From assembly GCA_964016885.1 (NCBI GenBank), contig OZ024741.1, positions 92,070,001 to 92,134,000 of the forward strand: 64,000 nt of DNA, in the 5' to 3' direction. Positions 56,047 to 64,000 of this stretch are shown here, piece by piece. Below the pieces are notes generated by a model. That model made no database searches. It was not told the origin of the DNA and saw only the letters and a list, made by a program, of their open reading frames with translations. How positions within the stretch are numbered: the stretch's first letter is position 1; each line of letters starts with the position of its first letter. A program made the translations under genes and the position numbers. This DNA is from Eledone cirrhosa. Taxonomy: Eukaryota.

Positions 56047-56089
<43 letters not shown>

Positions 56090-56172
56090 ATAATAATAAA
56101 TTTGAAGACTAAAATCCAAAGAGGGCTCGATAAGGATAAATATATATCAAATATATAAGAACCGTAGAGCAA

Positions 56173-56309
56173 ATATTTATTAAAATAACAGATTAAAGTT
56201 TAAGCAAAGAATCGCTGTTTTCACCCTTAACGGGATCTTCTGAAGATCCCGTTAAGGGTGAAAGCAACGATTCTTTGCTTAAACTTTAATCTGTTATTTT
56301 AATAAATAT
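56173..56309. repeat. 137-bp near-perfect palindrome centred on a hammerhead-like core
   Basis: Centre at 56241 (GATCTTC T GAAGATC). The right arm reads CTGAAGA T CCC gttaa GGG T GAAA, and a single-arm homologue lies at 12057-12126. Confidence 0.9.
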
Positions 56310-56314
56310 ATATA

Positions 56315-57030
56315 TAATTAAATCTTTCATGGCAGTGGGTGGGAGGTGTTGGTGGCTGAACTTGCCTGTAGACCAATGAGGGAGTGGGTAGAGCCGGTCA
56401 AGTGTTGAAAGGGAATTCTATACAGCAAATTCTAAGGAGTGTGTATGAAATTAGGCTAGTTAGGAAGCTGGCGAAGAAGGAAACTGAGAGTGAGACGTTA
56501 TAGAAATGGTTAATAAATTGAGATTAAAAGATAATAAATAAAAAAATAAAAATAATAATAATAAAATTAAATAGTAAAAATACTAAAAAAATCTCTAGAG
56601 TCTAAAGCAGTTGCTATATTATTAGCTGGTATTGCGTTTTCGGTCAATGCTATATATAATTTACTGGGGTGGGGGGTACTAAGGCAACAGAATCCCGATA
56701 GGCTGCCTTGGAGTAGCGAAAGAGGAAAAAGGAAAAGGAAGAGGATAGGGAGTGGAAGGAAGTGATAAGAAGAGATAAAGGGAAGAAGAAAAGAAAAAGA
56801 AAAAGAAAAGAAGTACATCTACCTATGTATGCCGGGGTTTCCCCTATCTTGTTCGGCAAGTGAGGAAAAGAAGGATGTTGCAGCCATTGTCTATCCACCC
56901 GGGTCATGAGGGGGTTTGAGGGCGAGGTAAGTCCTACGCAATCGGTGTTTACATGCAGTTACAAGTTCGTCTTTTTTGTTTAGGAGTTGGTCCTTTAGAT
57001 GTGTCTTTGCACTTATAAGTTCGCATATCT
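56315..57030 (-). mobile_element. Third Naiad-type PLE: extreme 3' ORF end plus pLTR
   Basis: LLNKKDELVTACKHR matches the LLN..E...C.H terminus seen at 50327-50420 and 54158-54240. Confidence 0.65.
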
Positions 57031-57744
57031 GATGAGATGTCGAAAAAGAGTCGGGCCCTGTCACCTTCATTGTACCCTGAACTGATCGATATTGAAACAA
57101 CTGTAATATGCAACTAAAGTTTGTACATATGCTGCAACACTGACTTCGACTCTTTTAAATCTATTTACACTCTGCACGCTGCTGCCGTAACACTGGAATA
57201 CAACCCAAACGAAACGGTCTTGTAACAGCATTAGTGCTTCGAATGGTGCACTGCCTGTAACTGTTGTTAAACACCTAACTTAACGCACGCACACACACAC
57301 ACATACACACACACACACTCATATATATATATACACACAATTTTTTTCTAATTACTAGAAATTAATTCTCATACTCACTTAAGGTATTTCCTGACTTATG
57401 AGAAGTACATACAATCTTAGCCTTTGCGCAGTGGATTTTTAAAGTGTCATCAAAGAATTTATTTTATGATGAGATGTAAACCGAAATTTAAGAGTTTTCA
57501 GTGGGCTTTTCTAACATCTTTATGAATATATATTACCGATGTTCTAAATATTACCTTGTATTTTTGCTGCTATTTACGTTTGCTACAACACTGTGTCTAA
57601 TCAGTAATAAGATACGAAATTTAATGCATTTAGTATTTGTTTTTTTCCCTTTACGTTTTGATTCGCCAGGGTCAACTTCTCTCGTCCCTCCTAATTTCTA
57701 TAAAACAAATAGCAGCAACATACTTGAGATCGGTTTAATAGACA

Positions 57745-58010
57745 ATACTTCTTCTTCGCCCACTTATTCCTAGGAGGGTCATAGGGAGCAGAGTCCTGAA
57801 ACACTCCCTACAGCGGGTCCTGTCAGAAGCAACTGTCTCCAACTGGCCCGGCTGGATCCCCAAGCGTGACCAGCCAAGCTCATGGATGTTATCCAGCCAT
57901 CTTGCTGGGGGTCTACCCCTGGGTCTCCTGCCGATTGCTTTTGCACGTAAAATCTGTCCAGCGATTCTTTCCTGAGACATTGTAACCACATGCCCATAGT
58001 ATCAGAGCTG
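57745..58010 (-). mobile_element. RTE-clade LINE 3' fragment
   Basis: GHVVTMSQERIAGQIL..GRRPRGRPPARWLDNIHELGWSRLGI...ASDR, with a short (GAA)n tail. Confidence 0.85.
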
Positions 58011-58047
58011 TGATCTCTCAATTCGAAGGCAATACTTTGCCACAAAT

Positions 58048-58220
58048 AATTGTTTCTAATTTTGGCATAAGGCCAACAAGTATTACTGGTATTTATTTTA
58101 TCGACCCCGTAGGGATGAAAGGCAAAGTTAACCTCGGCGGGATTTCAACTCAGACCATAAAAGGCCGTAACTCTTTGCTGCAAAGCATGGCGTCCGACAC
58201 TCTACCGATACTGCCAATCC
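58048..58220 (-). mobile_element. SINE family A copy
   Basis: Reverse complement of the head, core and tail. Confidence 0.88.
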
Positions 58221-61200
58221 AACAAACAATGTCGCATCAAACACTTTGAAATAAATAGTATTGCATCGTAAAACCAGGTTGGTTTCAGAGGGTGTGGTAT
58301 CAAAGGGTTTACTTAAAAAGCTTTACGTTCCGAAATACCGACTTAATAATGAGAACATTAGTTAAATTACTATATCTCTCTAAATTCTTGATTAGTTTTC
58401 AAAATTATTTGAAAATCAAAGTTTATTTCACTTGAAATATGGTAACGAATTTGATAGGTAAAGAAACATTCTTGAATTATCTACCAAGTTTTGTTTGTGT
58501 TGCAAATAAAAATATTTACAGTATTTCTTTTATTAGTTTCGGTCATTAAACTGCAGCTACGGTGAGGAACCGCTTTGAGATCGATCATATCGACGACCGT
58601 GCTCATCTTTTCAAGAACAGTACTTATTTTATCGAACTCTTTTTGTCGAACCGCTATGATACAGGACATAAACACAGACACAACGTAAACATGCATCCCC
58701 CCCCCCTATATGTGTGTGTGTAGGACTGGCTTCAACAGTTGCCATCTACAAAATTCTATTCACAAAATACTAATCAAACCAAGGATATAAAAGACACTTG
58801 CCCAAGGTAACACGTTGTCGGACAGAACCCAAGCCTATGCTTTTTTTGTTTTGTTGCTGATACTGTTTTGTGAATATAAAACAATGTCAAGTTGAAGTTT
58901 TGATATCGGAACTGCATTAAGATTTAGTTTGATCTTCCCCACCCACCAAAAACAGTCACAGTTTTTTAGGGGAGTGGAGGTTTGGGATCTTTTTCTATTT
59001 GCAAGTTCTGTCTACTACCTTTTTTAATAATGTTTTTTTTGTGTGTGTTTTTCTACTTACGAGCTACTTCTAAAGTCCTACAACCATCACATTTGACAAC
59101 AACAGAAACGAAAAGCATTCTTTTGTTTTTCTATGACATATTTTAACTTTAAAATATTTTGACATACAGACTTACTGGCCTGAAAAAAAAATCTAATGCA
59201 TGAATTTTATAAAGATGTATTTTCCCGTAATATTGATTTGCTGCAAAACCTCACATTAAGTGAAGAGGTGAAACGAAGTATTCCGTGATAACCAATAGCC
59301 ACAGCTGTGATATTAAGTGTGGATGCAGCGTGGCAGACTGGTTAAGAAGACATTAGACCCCGAGTTCGATCCTATTACGTGGCATCTTGAGAAAATGTCA
59401 TTTACCATAGCTTCTGCCTTGTGAAATTGAGCAGACGGAAACTGTTCGGAAATCCGTTAGATGAATTGCACCAGTAATTCAAAGGACCAGTCTTGTAACA
59501 CACTGTGTCACGGAATCTCTCAGATATTTACGCTATCGGTACACGTGTCTGTGAAATACTCAGTCGCTGACACCTTAATTATGTAAACAGTCTGTTCCGT
59601 TGATCGTACAAATGGAACACACGTCGTCGAAACCGATACCAAAACGTTTGAAACCACTCTTATTTCTACGATACAAAGCAGTTTATCAGACCTGTCACCT
59701 CTCCCCGTCCGACGGGGAGATCTACCACCAACTTTGGGGTGGGTGAAAGATGTCTTATCTTGTGAAAATAGGTATAGTTTTCATTATGTAAAATCTCCCC
59801 ATTTTGCCTCATTTCTCCCCGTCTTGAGGCACTTTTTTTCATGGTACTTCCCGTTTGGGTTTTTAGAGGTTGGCAGGTCCGGTTTATTCTAATGTATTTG
59901 TATTCATCTAAAAACCCTCCATCATAATTTTATGCAAGAACCTTTGCCTAGTTATGTTCCAAACACCAGTCCAATAATGAAAAATTTAGTTATTTTACTA
60001 AATCCCTCCAAATTCTGGATTATTTTCAAAATTATTTGAAAACCATAGGCATCGTCTTTCATTAGAAATAGGGTGACGAAAAGATTAAATATCTCAATAT
60101 AAAGCAACGAATTGGCACAGTCGTTAGGGCGTCAAATAGAACACTTTACAGTATTCATTTCAGCTGTCTGCGTTCTGGGTTCAAATCCAGCTGAGTATAA
60201 CTTTCCCTATCATTCTTTCAGGGTTGATAAATAAATCGCCAGTTCAGTACTCTCTCTCATGTGGTCTTCTTTGTCGTCAATCTGAACATTTACACTTTCG
60301 TGTGCGGTCTACTTGTTCATTTACACTTTAGTGATCGGTCTATCTCGTTACGAAAGTAACTCTAACCTGATTGACAGATCAAGCTAGATTAGGATACCAT
60401 GTAAACCGCGCGTTAAAGTAACGTCCAGTTTATTATCTGCTTCTTTCAACTCGGCAGTAAAGCATTGGCGTGACGAGAACTCATAACATTTCTATTCAGA
60501 AGATAATTTGTTTTGATGGACATTTTATTCGATATAGCTCTCAGTTAAAGAGCATTTATTTTCGTGTATATATATATTTTTTTATAACAGCGGCTTATGT
60601 AAATTTTCTTCATTTTTTACGAGGGTGCCTTCACGTGACAAGGACGTGTTAATATTAAAGATGGGCTTCCTGTTTAAAATGGTTTTATTTTAATTTGGAA
60701 GAAACCACTCTTCATATATGGAAGGATTTGTCTTTCTTCTCACCTGATGTTTTAAGGAAATAATTATTTATATAAGGAGAGAAGACATTTTATCGATAAA
60801 GAATTAATTTCAAATTCAAACATTTCGACAAAGTATGCCTTCGTTTGCTCCAACTTGGCATTGTTCGGAAAAGGAAAGAAGCGAAAAAATTATACCAAAA
60901 TCGAAATTAAATGTTTCTAAAACTGGGAGAAATAATGCAAATTGTCCACCTAAAAAGCGATTCGCTAAAGACATAAACACGCTTTATAAATACGTTCTTC
61001 TCAGATCATTTCATAACAAGTGCAAGAGTAAAGGCAAAGAAACGGGTGGTAAACTGCCTTTTTGTCATTCAAAGCGCAAATCAAGCCTCTGTACATTGCA
61101 AACGTGTCCACCGCCAAAGTCAGTTAAGACCTCTGGCTTTAGTCGGATTTTCTATCCTTCAGTAACGTATTCGGCGTCAAAGATACCCAGGGCTCGCCGC

Positions 61201-61418
61201 GTGAATCACGGAACACTCATTCGTTATTAATGTGCCATAAGAATACGACTGTCGTAAAATTGATAAGTTTTACGTATTTTTCTTTTATCCGAACAAATGA
61301 TTTAACAGGAACATTAATGAGCAGTTAAATATCTAATACAAAGTACTTCTGATGTTTCGATGAAAATGTTCCTTGGCAACCACTGCTTCTCTCTGTTTTT
61401 TTTATATAATTATCATAT

Positions 61419-61488
61419 AGCTTTGCGCAGAGGCGATACCATGGCCAATGAAATATATCTGAGGCGTGGTTATTGCTAGTTGAAAACT
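61419..61488 (+). pseudogene. U4: 3'-truncated U4 snRNA retropseudogene
   Basis: AGCTTTGCGCAGAGGCGATACCATGGCCAATGAAATATATCTGAGGCGTGGTTATTGCTAGTTGAAAACT matches the conserved first ~70 nt of U4. No Sm site follows; TTATCATAT direct repeat at 61410-61418 and 61495-61503. Confidence 0.87.
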
Positions 61489-61949
61489 ATAAAGTTATCA
61501 TATTCGAAGGTTTACACCCTCAAACTGCAGTTTAAAAATTTCAGTTATCTCTGGTTCCCAACATTTTCTCTCCCGAAAACCTCTTTTATTAAATTAATTT
61601 TGCTATGGACCATCTGCTATAATTATTCCCCTCCCAGTTTTATGTGATAAGAATATAAAGACAGATGTTTATACTTAAAGAGTGAATAACCAACATTGTG
61701 TACATATTACGTTTATTACAAAATACTTGGAAACTTGAACTTAACTCAAGGACACCCAGTACGACCTTTGCGAACACCAGGCTGGGAAATGTTATAAGAG
61801 ATTACTTTGAAAGATTTATAAAAACAATTTTGTAGATATATAGTCCATAGTTTTTCATGTTTTGTTTTTTTTTTGTTTTTTTCTTTTATTCAGCACAGTT
61901 TATGTCGAACACTTAAATTATATTTTTTTAAATGCCACACGGTATCTAT

Positions 61950-62480
61950 TTTGTCATTAATGCTCTGTACAACAATTCAAGTTTGTAATTCTTTCGTTCC
62001 CAAACGCCCTCCAACGGTAATAACATTGACATAGTTCCACTGATCATGGTGTCGAGTTTGTACATTCTTCTCCCATACAACTATTCTACAATATCTGGTT
62101 CTAGTGTCAACACGATTTACCTCTTTAACTGAACCTCCAAATAATGCCTTGCTTGCTAGCTTTGTGGCGAAGTGACTTGAGCGTGACTTGTTCCATTGCC
62201 ATTTGCTGAAAGTTCGAACGCCGCATATTTATTGCTCAAACCTGTCGTCTGACACTTTAATTAGTCAAGTCACTCTTCTGCCCACTTAATCTAGTGTTTT
62301 CCAACAATTTGACTCACTCATAACACCTTATCTTCAACCTGAACATCCGTTACATACGGCTTTAACTGTATTGCACGAAACCTCATTAGCAAGATATTAT
62401 TTGCAATTACAAAACGGCGCTATTACTGCATTGCATTCAAAATTGTCTTTATGCTAATACTGCAGATTTTGGCAACTAGC
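61950..62480 (-). mobile_element. Possible highly decayed hAT (Charlie/Buster-like) transposase remnant
   Basis: Fragments APFCNCK*YLANE and ASKALFG..DIVE*LYG loosely resemble the Buster N-terminus; many stops. Confidence 0.3.
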
Positions 62481-62992
62481 TGTTTACTAATAAAGGTATG
62501 ACAAGCATTTGAATTAAACTTTACATAGATTCTGTTAAATCACTACACAACGTTAAGACTTGATATAGGCCTAAGTTTTCTGCTTCTATCTTCCCCGCTC
62601 AACCCTAAAAGCTGTATTTTGCTAGTATATTACATGTATTTGTTTGCGTTCTGAAGTATGTATTTGTATCTATATGAATCACTTGGTTTTATATGCTGTA
62701 TGCTGTCACTGTATATGATTGCACACCATATGTATCATACGTACAAGGTCGGATTAAGTTCTTCTGGGGGCCCTAAGCTCTTAAGATTATCGTGCCCCAC
62801 CACCTATATAAAAGAAAAAGATTTAAATTGAATAAAATGACACTGCACTTCCCTTGATGAAACAAAATAACTGGAAAGTAAGGAATTCTCATAGAGCTTG
62901 CCTACTGCACTAAATAGCCAGGTACCTGCTCTACTTAGCCTTTAGGACCTCCCTTGCATTTCAACTGATTTGTATCTTGTCACATTTTAGTT

Positions 62993-63023
<31 letters not shown>

Positions 63024-64000
63024 CGTTTTAAATATGGTTACCGAAAAGGATAGCAATTTTGTGGGTAGAGATAAATCGATTAAATTGACAACAGTACTTG
63101 GCAAGAACTTTATTTTATCGACTCCAGAAGGAGGAAAGGCAATGTTGACCTTGGAGGAATTCGAACTTTGCGTTCGAAACATTAAACCACTCCACAATAT
63201 GGCAATTACCTTTTTATCTGCTGTATGATCTGAGAGATTCTACACGAATGATCAACCTGCTAGAAATATCAGCCTGATTCCCCCAAATCACATCACATTC
63301 CTTGCCATGCACTCTTAACTTCTGAAGTTGTTGTTGGAGCGCTGTTTTGACATTTAGACCAGGTTGAGACCATCCCTCTCCAGGTCAAAACATAGCCGAT
63401 TTCTTAGTGAGAAAGAGGTTTAGAAGAATAATCGACCCCACTGCTGGATTGGTGATTCATCGTCCTGAAAGTGGTAATGGTTGCCCCCGGCAAGAATTGA
63501 ACTTAGAGAACATTATAATGGTTTCTAATTCGCAGCCTTCAAATCACCTTTAAAAAATTGCCAATGAAATTTTAGAATAATGTTCCCCACAATCTAGTTC
63601 TACAACGCACCCCTCGGACTACCCACCCTATCTGGTTACAATTACGCCCCTCCAGATTGTTACAAAAATGAGAATAGCAGTCGAAAGTTGAATGTTTATA
63701 TAGTGACGGTAGAGACCTTCGGTGTTTTTGGCCTCCGTACCACATCCCTACTTACTGCTATCATAGCAGTGTCGGCCACCCACAGAAGTGAGTCCCTTTG
63801 AATGGTTATTTCAATGCATCTCCTTCGCTTTTCTCTGGGATAACGCTTTCTCTATTTTGTCCACAAGAATCGCGAAGTATCCTGTGCTAGTGGTTCTACG
63901 TACCAATGAGCGTTCTTCCACACGGGTTCGTATCATTGGAGTAGCGATGATTGAGTATTCTTTCTCAAGTTTCATAAACGTGTTCACTTTCAAACAAAAA

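Larger units (their letters stand above)
55322..56053 (+). mobile_element. Retrozyme-like tandem repeat: about 1.7 copies of a 421-nt non-coding unit, each with a hammerhead
   Basis: Direct repeats 55322-55628 and 55743-56053, with (TA)n at 55247-55288 and 56048-56086. Confidence 0.82.

Noticed and set aside
57029-57052. CTGATGA-GATGTC-GAAA..GTC hammerhead-like string
   Set aside because: Stem II would be 2 bp with a 2-nt loop, and stems I and III do not pair.
57419-57434. CTTTGCGCAGTGG, similar to the U4 5' end
   Set aside because: The match is only about 13 nt and does not extend.
60835-61230. 131-aa Lys-rich ORF
   Set aside because: No recognisable domain or supporting gene structure.
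63811-63993. 60-aa ORF at the window edge
   Set aside because: It may be transposase-derived but has no diagnostic motif.

Overview
AT-rich, microsatellite-dense animal genomic DNA. The SINE families suggest a cephalopod (octopus-like) genome, which is an inference. I could not support any host protein-coding exon; almost everything is repeat-derived. Contents: (1) a decayed L1/Tx1-clade LINE ORF2 and 3' end at 1-2712. (2) Many tRNA-derived SINEs from two families, some with clean 15-23 bp TSDs. (3) RTE, CR1-like, Tc1/mariner and possible hAT remnants. (4) At least six Penelope-like element (PLE) pieces, including a nearly full-length Naiad-type RT+GIY-YIG element with ~390 bp inverted terminal repeats at 49510-53002. 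(5) A near-identical 821-bp triplication abutting a 13.5-kb 9-bp satellite (25521-39045), which produces all the very long ORFs in the track. (6) A 3'-truncated U4 snRNA retrocopy with a TSD. The strongest signal the ORF track misses is a dense, diverse set of type I hammerhead ribozyme motifs: nine with complete folds read by eye, plus truncated and decayed copies, mostly in short elements sitting in (TA)n tracts. Two are arranged like retrozymes (a 421-nt tandem dimer at 55322-56053 and a 677-nt terminally redundant monomer at 3920-4691). Several elements show fold-back inversions that break at the ribozyme core. All folds and alignments were read manually; none was computed.
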